Source: Folioceros fuciformis (taxonomy: Eukaryota). From it: 53,353 nt of DNA. Shown piece after piece: positions 23,384 through 35,050 of this stretch. Each line of letters begins with the position of its first letter. Position 1 is the first letter of the stretch. The notes beneath the pieces were generated by a model that was not told the DNA's origin, ran no database searches, and saw only the letters and a program-made list of their open reading frames with translations. The position numbers and the translations under genes are program-made. The DNA is taken from positions 1 to 53,353 of the forward strand of contig JBNGIO010006169.1 of the NCBI GenBank assembly GCA_049999805.1, given 5' to 3'.

Positions 23384-26048
23384 ATGCCCCGAACGCACTC
23401 TCCATTGGCGTCAGATGATAGTTTGCAGACTATGGATGCCCACGACTGTGAGGAGTCGATATGCCTCTCATCTCCCGTATCCATGCCCATCAGCTGGGAC
23501 GCGGTGGGAAACGAGGCGTCTCCCCTCGTGATCAACGTCCCCACTTTCTGCGTTGAAGGGACCGAAAGTGGAGGAACGGAAGTGTGGAGCAGGGGCAAAG
23601 TGCAGAAATGGTGGGCGGGTTTGGTTCTGTTTTGCTTGATGGCAGCCGGGGGTAGCATCGGAATCGTAGAGCTTGTCAGACATGTTTCTTCAAACTCGTC
23701 TGATCCGGGGTTTGAGGAATCCTCTTGGCCTGCACCTGTGTCGGCATCGGGACAGACCAGTGAACCTGCCGACATGTTTTCTGCTAAGGAGGATTACTAT
23801 AGGACAGCCTTCCATTTCCAGCCCTCCAAGAATTGGATGAACGGTTGGTCCCCACTTGGAGCTTGAGGCCTCAATGCTGTGATGTTACAGTAGGGAGATG
23901 CTTGAGACGATGGGGTAACGAGGACTAACTCTTCTGTTCGGAATTGTGGTGTTGGTGGCTGGACGGATGCAGATCCAAATGGTCAGTGCCTGTACTCGGT
24001 CACCTCGTGCATGCACTAGTTTCTTCCCCTATTCTTGTTCCTTGGATGCTGGCGTGGGCATGGGGTATTGACAGTTGGGAATTGGCAACTCGTGGCCTGC
24101 AGGCCCTTTGTACTACAATGGATATTACCACCTGTTCTATCAGTACAACCCCCGTGACGTAGTGTGGGGCAACATCGTCTGGGGTCATGCTGTGTCCACT
24201 GATCTCATACACTGGCGGATTCTGGATGCCGCACTGCTGCCTGACAAGTGGTATGACATCAAGGGAGTATGGTCGGGATCAGCCACGTTCCTGAAGGATG
24301 GAACGCCAGTGTTGATGTACACGGGCGACTCTTCCGTTGGACAGCTTCAGAACAAAGCTGTTCCAGTAGACCCGACCGATCCTCTGTTGCTCAAATGGGA
24401 GAAGGTGACGGACAATCCCCTCATCCTCACTCCGCCTGGTACCAATGCCTCCTACTTCAGGGACCCGACGACTGGATGGATTGGTGACGACGGGAAGTGG
24501 AGGATACTGGTTGGCTCAGCAAAATTCGATCTGCCAGACCCAAAGAACAAAACTGGGCTGGCACTGCTGTATACCAGCTCCGATTTCCTCACTTGGACTG
24601 AATCCGGGCATCCCTTGCACTCGGTGGAGCGCACAGGCATGTGGGAATGCCCTGACTTTTACCCTGTTCCAGTCACAGGAAGCGGAGGTGTCGATACTTC
24701 GGTGAATGGGCCTTCTGTGAAACACGTCTTGAAAGTGAGCTTGGAAATAACCAAGCATGACTACTACACTGTGGGCACCTACGACGGAGTGAGCGATACA
24801 TTTGTTCCTGTGCTCGATGCCATCGATGCCGGACTTGGACTGCGGTATGATTATGGCAAATTCTATGCTTCCAAGACCTTCTTCGACCAGAAGAGGCAGA
24901 GACGCATTCTCTGGGGCTGGGCCAACGAGTCCGACACAGTGCCAGACGACTACAGGAAGGGATGGTCATCTGTGCAGGTCAGCCAAAGCTCTAAAATCCC
25001 AGCTCACCATTCTGTCAGTCTCGCCGGGAAGGAAAGGAAATTGGCCTCTCACATGTACTAGGGACGTAACTCCCTGCTCTCAGGCAATTCCAAGGAAGAT
25101 ATGGCTGGACAACACCACAGGGACCCATCTCATCCAGTGGCCTGTCGAAGAAATCGAAGCTTTTCGGCAGAGCAGCGTGAGCCAGAGCAATTTCACCTTG
25201 AAAGCTGGTGGACTGAAGAAAATCGGAAAGCTTCGCGGGCCTCAGGTGGGTTTGTCTTGTTCAATGCTCGCTCTTCTGGGATGCTGCAGAGCCTATGCTT
25301 TCCCTCATCTTCCTGGAGTCTGAAATTTGAACTTCCTGCCAATGTATGGCATGTGCAGCTAGACATCGAGGTACTGTTCGACGTACCAGATGTGGCAAGA
25401 GCCAACGAGCTGTTCGTGCCCACAGATGTCTTAGCACTGGAGGCTCAACGCCTGTGCGGGCAGGGCTCTGGAGCTGGAACAATTCTTGGGCCATTCGGGG
25501 TTTTGGTTCTGGCAGCCCACGCGTTGCAGGAATACACTGCGGTGTTCTTTAGCTTGGTGCAGACCGCGGACGGCACTTTGAAAGTCCTGGTCTGCAACGA
25601 TCAAAGCAGGTCCGGTCCTGGGCCCTCCTTCCTGCCACCCCTGCACCTTGCCATCCAGGGCTTCGTCTTCGTCCTCTGATATTCCTCCACCTCTTCCACC
25701 ACTTTGCAGGTCCTCTCTTGCGGCGGATATGGACAAGACTGTGTACGGAAGCTTCCTGCACCGAACTGAAGGGTCGGAGATGCAGCAGCTGTCTTTGAGA
25801 ATTCTGGTGCCGCCCGCTTGTCTGATTCTTGTGCCGAGCAGAATTCTCCGTGTTCCAGACTGACCATAGCTTGGGTGCAGGTGGACCACTCCATCGTGGA
25901 AACGTTTGCTCAAGGAGGAAAAGTTAGCATCACCTCCCGCGTCTACCCTACGTTAGCCCTGGAAAACAAAGCCCGCGTCTATCTCTTCAACAACGGCAGC
26001 ACTCCAATTAGCGTACTCAAGTTTGGTGGCTGGCAGTTGAATGTCTAG
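23384..26048 (+). CDS. GH32 acid beta-fructofuranosidase (invertase) with N-terminal membrane anchor
   Basis: [77 protein letters not shown] and SRVYP. Hydrophobic segment WWAGLVLFCLMAAGGSIGIV. Confidence 0.95.
23973..23981 (+). other. 9-nt mini-exon encoding the DPN of the invertase beta-fructosidase motif
   Basis: AG|ATCCAAATG|GT. Splicing gives ATG AAC G-AT CCA AAT G-GC CCT = MNDPNGP. This mini-exon is well known in plant acid invertases. Confidence 0.92.
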
Positions 26049-28615
26049 CATATACATCTCTACGCCGTGCACTGAATGTGATTCCAGTGCCTGAAATACT
26101 GGCAGACCCAGTTGCGCATTTGCTCGCACAGCCGGTGTTTGATGTACCGGGAGAGGTTTCATCCCGCGCAGCGCAACATGCGCATCTGTCCGCCTGATCC
26201 AGAGATCGAGATTATCGGATACCTGGATTTCTCCACTATCAGCCCACAATAATGAAAGTCCGCAGAGTCGGTACTGCAGAGTTTGCCAAAATTTAAATTT
26301 GATTTCGTTGAATGAGTTGCAAAGCCCAGTTCGGTGTACCGGTAGCCAGTGCGAGGCCCCGATTGGAGGGGCTAGCCTTGTGAGCTTGACATCCTTTTCA
26401 GTTCCCTGCCTGAATGTGTGAGAGGACTGATCGAAGACGCTCTCCGTGGCGTCCAACCACCTGCATGCTCTTCAACAACTTCACATCATAGCTGTCAGAT
26501 TGCAGCTACTTATACGCAAGAATTGCAAAGGCTGCATCTGCCCATACACTGGCAACACTCTGCAATCGCCATGGAAATGAATGCACATTATGCATCCTTG
26601 ACAGGAAGGAAGGGCGACCGTCAATCATCCCGCTCCTGTCGCTCCCTGTAAAGCGCGCAACTAACCTGCCTGGCTGGCGAGGCGAACTGGCCCTGTAATG
26701 AATCCCAACAAATGGCCATGTCAGTCTGACAGGATTCAACAAATTCATCCTGCGAATGTACGAGTCCTCAGAGTGGCCTCCTACCCGGTGCCATCAACCC
26801 AGCTCCAGGCATCGCAGATATCATCAAAGCCTTCTTTACTACCCAGCGCCCGTGCAGAAACAAACGCCGAAAGTGAAGTAGGCAGAACTGGTCAGACTGG
26901 GGTGCCTGATTTTGCACAGTATGGAAATCACATAGTCTGTGTTTCACACGCTCCGTGAGCGATAAAGCTAAAAGCCTGGTCACACAGAACCAGCTGTTGT
27001 GAGAGCAGTTTCCGAGAACCTTCTGTCCAGAGCGAATCTTGATGAGAGGAGGAAATGAAGCAGGGATACACTGCTCTCTGCAAACCAACAAATGGCAGAC
27101 GGTGTGAACACCTCGGGAAAGCCTGGGATAAAGATGATCGTACAACTTTAGAGAGTCCTTTATCAATTTGGGCACAACGGGACTCGGGAGTACCTCATCT
27201 CGTGTTTGCTTGAACGAATGTTCCGACCAATCGCAACATCAAGGGGTCAAGTCAAGCACCGTCCACTTCTGGGCTTGCAACTTGCTCCCACGAGAGAAAT
27301 AGTTCCCAAAAGCTTGGCCCTCACTGATTTCAGGCTGCTCCCGCCTGTGAGTCGTTGCAGGGAGCCATTCCCCAGGGACGAATTGAAAAAGCGAGTGAGT
27401 TGAAGCAGCACGTGTGTTCTCTGCGAAGAGTAACACCGCTAGTCGTACTAAGGAGAGTCCGGAGCAACTTTGAGCTACATACATACAAACCAGGGCACGC
27501 AGGTAAGACGAAGGAGGAAGGTGCCTCTGAACATACTAACGAATGCCGGATTCAATTTAACCCGTTCCCAAGTCCATTGTCAACTGTAAGAGTACGTAAC
27601 ATAGCTCAAAAGCATTAAGTCCTGGAGGATTACAGTGCTAACTAAGTGCAGCAAGAGTCCGGACACCAACCTTCACTTCCTGCATCCCGATGAGCTGGTG
27701 AAAGGAAGCACAGGCGACGGTGGGGCCGAAGTGATAGGACTTCCTTCAAAGAGCAAGGGGCTACTTCATGGCGAACGGTGAGCGGGCCCAGAACCTTCGG
27801 CTGCCACTCTCGTGTCGTTCACTTCATTTGTTTTGCTCCGAGCAGTACCGAAGTGATGATCTCTTGCTGAGGCCATGTGATACAAGGCTTGTCTGCTGGA
27901 CAACAACGCGATTCTCCACGATCCTTGTCTCTTTCGGAGACAGCAGCATTTGTGAGGCATATTGCCACCAGTTCCGCTGGGAGGCTCATCGTGGGCACCT
28001 CTTCACCTGCTTTGCTTGTAGCATCAGCTCTCTTGAGTCTTTCGTAATTACTACAGAATCAGAATCGTGCAGCGGTTGCCCCCCATTGTCCTACGTATCT
28101 CCAACGGAACAGGCCCCTATCCTCCCGCATGTCTTGAATCACGCTGCTGTGCCAATGAGCATCAACAATTCATGCTTAGTCTGTATGTAAAGTAACCTGT
28201 CTGGAATGCAACACACGCGGCCTTTCTCTCCTGCAACACGCAAGCACAACCAGATTGAAGTTGAGCACAAATTGAAAGCAAGCTTCCCACATACGCAAGG
28301 CATGTGTGGACCCTGATGTTCGCTGCCAGCGACAAATCAGCGGGTGTTCTTTCTGTTGTGATCTTCGGTCTGACAGAGATCCCCAAACTGGCGCTCGGCG
28401 GCTCAGCTTTGCCAATGGCTTGCCACATTTCAACCTGGTTTGGGGATGTGTCAGACAGATGCATTAACTACTATACTAGAGTCAACCCTAGTTTCCCGAA
28501 ATACTTGCTTTCGCACCCCAACATTCCCCCACCATCCGCCGGCATCCTATAGACCCATCACACATGCCCGTTTCCCCCATCAAACTCACATCAAAGCATC
28601 AAGCTCGAGAAAGAT

Positions 28616-28632
28616 CACACACACACACACAC
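28616..28632. repeat. (CA)n microsatellite
   Basis: CACACACACACACACAC. Confidence 0.85.
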
Positions 28633-30669
28633 AAATACTGTATACAGGCCCATCACAATTAGTGAACCAAACCTTTCTCCTCCATCATCACAAGCTTCTC
28701 ATTAAACTCAACACAATCCTAGCTAATGTCTTGATGGGATCTACATGAGCCTGGAGAAGTAACGTAAAGTCCCCGCAGACAGGAAACGCTAATCATCTCT
28801 CGACAAGCTCTTGTTCGCAAACTCCCTTGCACACCGTGGTACCAGTACACCAATGTAACATCATGAGCAAGATAATAAAGCTCAAGACGATCTTGAAACT
28901 CGTCCCCCTCTTCTTCGGATGGGGCGAAACCCGGTGATAAGATAAGCAAAACGACGTATCAATGAAAATGCTTTCTCCGCACCACTTGTCGGCACTGACA
29001 ATGCCGCTGGCTGGCGCATTCACCAGTGTGCAGGACGAGCCAGCTTGCCCGAGTTGCGATGAAAGACATAATAGTGGAGCACATGTTGTGCAGGCGGTAC
29101 AAAACAATGTCGTTCACGTCCCAGACCCCAGAGTCAGGCGCTTCATCCATAGATTTCGAGACGGATCCATGTGAAACCTCCCGCACTGGAGTACATGCAA
29201 CACAAGACAACGCAAACACACACATCGAAACGGGCGCCGTTACAGATAACGCAAGTGATGATCATGCAGGAAAGGGAAGTTTGAACGGATTATTGACTTC
29301 AACACAAGGCATGGGAACAGGCTTGCTAGCCTGCTTGCTTTCTTGCTGCAGCTGCCGCTCCTGCTCCTGTTCCTGCGGTTGCATTCCCTGCTGCCTGCAA
29401 AAAAAAACTGCATGCCACATGCCGTGTCCTTGCATGCCCCGGTACGCCTGGCGTGACCTGGCCTGCGCAGTTGCAGCGCAACCATTGCTGGAAGCCGTCG
29501 CACGCAATGCAACGCAGCGGACGCGGCAAACCACTGAACGCACTGGAACCAAGGCTCCTAGTACCGGCAGGAGCGGGCGGGCCTGGCCGCAGCTCCGCCA
29601 TGGCCGTGGCCACAGGAGGGTGCGCGAGACAATGCGGCGAAACCTGGCGCATTCAATGTGGCGAAACCGTTGAAAACGGCCGGCGTTAAGGGCAGGGCAA
29701 CGCGGCCCCACAGCCGCTTTAATGCCGCAGCCACTACGTGGATATACGTATCGCCTCGCATTTACTGGCTGTACACTGCAAGTACTGTGTGTAACTACGC
29801 GCTTGACATTCCCAATAATGATGCCCGCTGTGGGCCGTGAGCTTCATCGTCCTTCGCCCACCCGAGACGATTTGCCCCGGATTTACCCCAAATACGACCG
29901 CGACTATACATACGCAGGTAACACTAATACTGTGTGGGCCCGTTCCGTTGGACGGTGGGTAGTGTCTTTGCAGAACCAGGTTACCAGAAGCCTGCGTCTG
30001 CCGGCCTGCCCGCTCGTGACACTTGATTGCATCTCTCCCAGACATTGCGCACTGTTGCTTTTGCGAAGCAACGGCCCGCCAGCCTAGACACTGCGCCGGC
30101 GGCCTGTTTCGGGCCTTGGCAGCGCCCTGTTTGGCCGGGAATGCCCTCCTCTCTTGGGGCTGGGCCCAACGGAACGGGGCTTGTTGTGTACTGGGCCGAC
30201 CAACCATCTGTCATGGCCTCGTCATTACGCCTCCTTGTCGGCTCTTCCTCCCACCAACCAATATTTTTTTTTCTCTGTGCTGTCCACGAATCGAGTACGG
30301 TGTGAGGGACTGCAAATATCATCGTCCCTTTTCAAACCACGACTGACAAGATTTCATTTGCTTAGGTACACCACATAATGGTGTTTATTGAGCCTCGTGT
30401 AAGTAGTTGGTGCTACCAGAATCCGACCCATTGTTTGTTGAGGTAGTAGAACATTCGCTCTCCTATTTTGAGTGATTGGTAAGATGGACTCTTCCAATGA
30501 GACCCACATATAAGCTACTTTATAAAGTGTACGAGACTTAGTCCAAGGTTGTCCTCAAGCCCATTTTGTGATTCCATGGTACCACATTTATGAGGAAACT
30601 GGGCTGAGAAGTTATGTTATGTGTTAGAGTTCTTTGTGTACAGCTCATTGTAGAAAGATCAATGAAGAA

Positions 30670-31140
30670 AGTGTCTTTGAAAGACATTAGGAATTTGAAA
30701 GGACATTTGTGTCTTTGAAAGACATTAGGGATTCCAAAGGACATCCGTGTATTCCAAAGACATTAGGGATTGGAAAGGACGTGTGTGTCTTCAAGAGACT
30801 TTAGAGTTTCAAAAGGATGTTGGTGTGGTCAAAAGACATTAGGGATTCAAAAGGACATTCATGTCTTCTAAAGACATTAGGGATTGGAAAGGACATGTGT
30901 GTCTTTGAAAGACATTAGGGATTGGAAAGGATGTTTGTGTCTTCGAAAGATATTAGGGATTCGAAAGGACGTTCATGTCTTCGAAAGACATTAAGGATTG
31001 GAAAGGACGTGTGTGTCTTTGAAAAACATTAGGGATTCAAAAGGACATTCGTGTCTTCGAAAGACATTATGGATTGGACATTACGGATTGGAAAGGATGT
31101 GTGTGTCTTCAAAAGACTTTAGGGATTCAAAAGGACATGC
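30670..31140. repeat. 38-bp tandem satellite, about 12 copies
   Basis: AAAGACATTAGGGATT(GG/CA)AAAGGAC..(T/C)GTGTCTT units start at 30680, 30718, 30756 and onward. Confidence 0.92.
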
Positions 31141-31612
31141 AAAACATCAATGAAGAAAGACGTCTCATTCAAAAAGCTTTGAAGAATCGAAAGGACGCAA
31201 TTTACTTCGAGGAGGAAAGGGTGTCCTTTTCAAAAGCTTTGGAGATTCGAAAGGACATATGATGAAGAAAGAGTGTCTTTTCAAAAGACTTTGGAGACTT
31301 TGGAGGGACATGTGATGAAGATTCGAAAGGACGTGTGATGAAGAAAGAATGTCCTTTCAAACAAACTTTGCAAATTTGAAAGGACATGCAAGAGATTGAT
31401 GAAGAAAGAGCTTCTCGTTCGAAAAGCTTTGTAGATTTGAAAGGACATGCTTCACTTCACGAAACTATAGGACATCGTCTCCTTGGCTCACAAAGACTTT
31501 GCAGATTTGAAAGGACATGCAAGAGATTGATGAAGAAAGAGCTTCTCTTTCGAAAAGCTTTGTGGATTTGAAAGGACATGCTTTACTTCACGGAACTATA
31601 GGACATCGTCTC
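31140..31612. repeat. Derived longer-unit repeats, including a ~131-bp duplication (31370 and 31501)
   Basis: GATGAAGAAAGAG...AAAAGCTTTG..GATTTGAAAGGACATG units; two near-identical copies end in AACTATAGGACATCGTCTCC. Confidence 0.85.
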
Positions 31613-33288
31613 CATCGCCATCAATAGGTGGGATTAGGTATTAGAGGAATCTACAAGCTACATGAAAGTCCTTACACTTGACTTTGTGGGTGGTTGAGGA
31701 TGAATTCATGTGCATGTATATTCTTCTTAGCACTAATGTTGGTCATTGTTTTTTTTGGGTTACGTGTGAAACAACTTATGGAACATGATTGGTCACATTC
31801 TTTGAGCACACACAATAGGTAACATGTAGGCTTGAGAACACGGTCCTCTAGGCTGAATATTCTCTCATGGGTGGTTTGATGTACTTGTGTGTAGAAAAGA
31901 GTCAAACATGTATCCCAATCACCCACAAAAACCACTTCGTAAAATGATAAAGTTTTGTTGTTTTTTGGGCGCCGAGCTGCACCCACAAAGCTTGATCCAC
32001 ATCTGGCAAACCTCGTGACAAGCAAATCACGTAAGGAAATTCCGGATGTTTGGGCTGATTGAGACAAAGGTGAGCAAGCATAGACAGAAAAAAGGGAGAC
32101 AAAAGAGAAAGCACAAAGTGCTGGGGAGCCTGGTGTATGAAACGAGGATGTCAGAACATCTCTAGGCCATCGGTTAAACCGGGGGTGTAGTAAACATGGT
32201 TCAACGTTGACTAGGAGGGGCAGCTGCAATGGGAACAGAATGATGATTACCTGGGCTGGCGAACGTGGGTATGATCGATTTTGTCTGAAGCCTGATCGCG
32301 GGTAGAGGGGTCGGGGAGGCCGGTGGGGCCCGTTCTGGCCTCAGGTTTCGCCACGCCAGACGTACACTACTCAAACGGATGCTGTCAGAAACAGAGGCTG
32401 TACCAGGAAGGAGAGGAGCTTGGCCACCACTTAAACGGGGCTCCAAATTTGGAGGCGGGTTTCGGGGTAGAAGGCGGGGGGCTGTGGGAAAGCGGGCTCC
32501 TGCTGCTGCTGCCGCTGCCAGTGGCTGGGCCAATCATGGGTGGCTTTTGGCGGGAGCTCTAGAGAGAGGAGAGAGGAGAGAAGAGAGAGAATGAGCTGCG
32601 GTGGCGAGGCTCCCTGCCTGCCGGGATGGCGAACTCGGAAGGCAAGCCTGGCCACAGCAGCTGGATGGATGGACCATGGATGGACGATTGCTCACCTCAT
32701 TCATTGCAGTAAAGAAGTTCTAGAACGTGCCTGCAGCAGAGGAAGAAAGGGACGCTGGAGCAAGCGGTTGCGGGAAGTGATGAAGAGAGTAGAAGAGGAG
32801 AAGGATGGTTGAGCGGGTTTGGTCATTTCTCGCTCGCAGAGCTCGCGTTGCTCCGTTTTCAGGCGCTTGCAGTGCTGTGGATGAGCGTCTTGGCTGCTTT
32901 CCATGCTGCGGATTGGGAATTTCTGAGACTTGATTGTCAATTGGCTCCTCTGGAGTGAAACAAGTTGTCGAGATTGTCGTTTTTGTTCCCCGAGGCCGAG
33001 AAGAAGGAATTGGAGGACTAGTATGGTTGTTCTCGACATTTGGCCAGGCTAGGGGGTTGCTGGTTGTCTATTTTGTTATCAGGAAGAGCAGGTTTTGAGC
33101 TTTATGTTCTTGTAGGAGGCAGACAGCTTGTGTTTGTTGCCTGTCTTTGAGCTGGGAAAGATTTCGCTGCTGGAAGCCAGAGCGTTCGCAGTTGTGTTTG
33201 TTTTCCTTGTCATAGTCTTGGTGTTGGTCTGCAGTAGCTGTTGGCGTTGTGCATTTCGTATTTGGTGGTGAGGAAGAAAGTGCTGGCC

Positions 33289-34932
33289 ATGTCGAGCTAC
33301 AGCGCAGCGGAAGAGGTTGGCGTGTCTCATAGCCACGATTTCTTCCTTGAGCTTGCGTTGCTGTGTTCGAGATTCTTTGCGGAGGCGGTTCCGCTCGGCT
33401 GGTGCCTGGCGGCCGTGGCGGGGGCTGCGGCGCTGCCCCTTCTCTACGTGTGGTGGCGGGATCACCCTGCATACGGCCGCAATGTCGGGCCTAAGGTGTT
33501 CCCGCTCCTCGGCTCCCTCCCGGCCATTCTCAAGAACAAGCACCGGATACTGGAGTGGACGACGGAGGAGATGAGCAGAGCTCCGTTCCACACCATCCGC
33601 AACGTCATTCCCCCGGGGCTGGCCTTCATCGACACGGCGCACCCGGCCGTCGTGGAGCACTTCGTGAAGCAGAAATTCGACGTGTACCAGAAAGGCCCTG
33701 CTTGCCACGACGTGTTCGCAGATTTGCTTGGAAACGGAATCTTCAATGTGGACGGGGAGGAGTGGAGGCAGCAGCGGAAGGTTGTGGCGCACGAGTTCTC
33801 CACCAGCTCGCTGCGGGAGCTGCTCATGGAGCGGGTAGAGACGGAGCTCCGAGAGCGCCTGCTTCCCATCCTAAACCAAGCTCGTCGGGAGTCATCTTCG
33901 GTGGACCTCCAGGACCTCTTCATCCGCTTCAGCTTCGACAACATCTGCAACCTCGCCTTCGGCATGGATCCCGCGTCCCTGGATCCGTCTCTCCCGACGA
34001 TTCCATTCGAGCAGGCGTTCAACAACGCGGCCCTCATCTGCTTCTCGCGCTTCTTCACTCCGCCTCTGGTTTGGAAGTTCAAGCGTGCCTTCAACATCGG
34101 CTCGGAGCGGCGGCTGCGAGAAAACCTCAAGATCATCGACGACCAGGCCATCGCCGTCATCCGAGCCCGCCGCGAGGAGCTGGAGAAGCAGCAGCAGGAG
34201 TTCATGCCCGATCCTCCCCGGGACCTGCTGTCGCGCTACATCGCGGGATCGGACTGTTCCGACGCCTTCCTCAGGGACGTAGTGGTGAGCTTCATGATAG
34301 CTGGGAAGGATTCCACTCCCTCGGTGCTGGCGTGGTTCTTCTGGCTCTTGTCGCGGCACCCGGAGGTGGAGGCGGAGTGCTACAAGGAAGTGGCTGGCGT
34401 GGTTGGAGATCATTCCCGTCTCACCGGGGACGCATGCTTCAACTTCTCACACGAGCAGCTGCGCCAAATGCACTTCCTCCACGCGGCCCTGAGTGAGACG
34501 CTAAGGCTCTACCCTTCTGCCCCCGCGGGAGTGAGATGCGCCATGCGCGACGACGTGCTACCCGACGGCACGCTCGTCCCCAAGGGCTCCAGCATGGGAT
34601 TCAACTCATACGCCATGGGCCGCATGAGGAGCGTGTGGGGAGAAGACTGCCTGGAGTTCCGCCCCACCCGCTGGCTGGGCTCCAACGGGGAATTCCGGCC
34701 CGAGAGCCCTTACAAGTTTGCGGCCTTCCATGCCGGGCCTAGGATGTGTCCCGGCCGCGAAGTCGCCTTCATCCAGATGAAGTTCATCGCGGCCTCCCTC
34801 ATCCCCCGATTCAGCTTTGTGGTGCAGGCGGGGTATGAGCCGGAGGAGCAGATATCGCTGGTCATGCGCCTTAAGGGCGGCCTGCCAGTCAGTGTTCGCG
34901 TTAGGGATCACTCCATCATGCCTCGTGCTTGA
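33289..34932 (+). CDS. Cytochrome P450, CYP86 clan (CYP94-like fatty-acid hydroxylase), intronless
   Basis: DLLGNGIFNVDGEEWRQQRK, VDLQDLFIRFSFDNIC, I-helix AGKDST, ETLRLYP, EFRPTRW and heme motif FHAGPRMCPG. Confidence 0.95.
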   Translation: MSSYSAAEEVGVSHSHDFFLELALLCSRFFAEAVPLGWCLAAVAGAAALPLLYVWWRDHPAYGRNVGPKVFPLLGSLPAILKNKHRILEWTTEEMSRAPFHTIRNVIPPGLAFIDTAHPAVVEHFVKQKFDVYQKGPACHDVFADLLGNGIFNVDGEEWRQQRKVVAHEFSTSSLRELLMERVETELRERLLPILNQARRESSSVDLQDLFIRFSFDNICNLAFGMDPASLDPSLPTIPFEQAFNNAALICFSRFFTPPLVWKFKRAFNIGSERRLRENLKIIDDQAIAVIRARREELEKQQQEFMPDPPRDLLSRYIAGSDCSDAFLRDVVVSFMIAGKDSTPSVLAWFFWLLSRHPEVEAECYKEVAGVVGDHSRLTGDACFNFSHEQLRQMHFLHAALSETLRLYPSAPAGVRCAMRDDVLPDGTLVPKGSSMGFNSYAMGRMRSVWGEDCLEFRPTRWLGSNGEFRPESPYKFAAFHAGPRMCPGREVAFIQMKFIAASLIPRFSFVVQAGYEPEEQISLVMRLKGGLPVSVRVRDHSIMPRA

Positions 34933-35027
34933 ACTCCAGTGGGAGAGCAGCAGATGCAGAGCACAATTTTCATTTTCCTCTCCCGCAATCGTCATCACTT
35001 CCAAGCTGGCCATTCGTTTGATTCCGT

Positions 35028-35050
35028 TTATGTATGTATGTATGTATGTA
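35028..35050. repeat. (TATG)n microsatellite in the CYP 3' region
   Basis: TATGTATGTATGTATGTATGTA. Confidence 0.85.

Noticed and set aside
27853-27900. C/D box snoRNA (GTGATGA...CTGA)
   Set aside because: The CTGA is too close to the C box, with no terminal D box or stem and no recognisable rRNA guide.
30670-31140. CRISPR-like appearance (regular ~38-bp period with palindromes)
   Set aside because: No unique spacers, no cas genes, and a eukaryotic context. It is a tandem satellite.
32160-32215. Helitron 3' end (palindrome TCAACGTTGA followed by CTAG)
   Set aside because: Spacing and hairpin length do not fit the usual hairpin, ~11 nt, CTRR-T pattern.
33079-35013. Long antisense and alternate-frame ORFs over the P450
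   Set aside because: Shadow ORFs caused by high GC3 codon usage.
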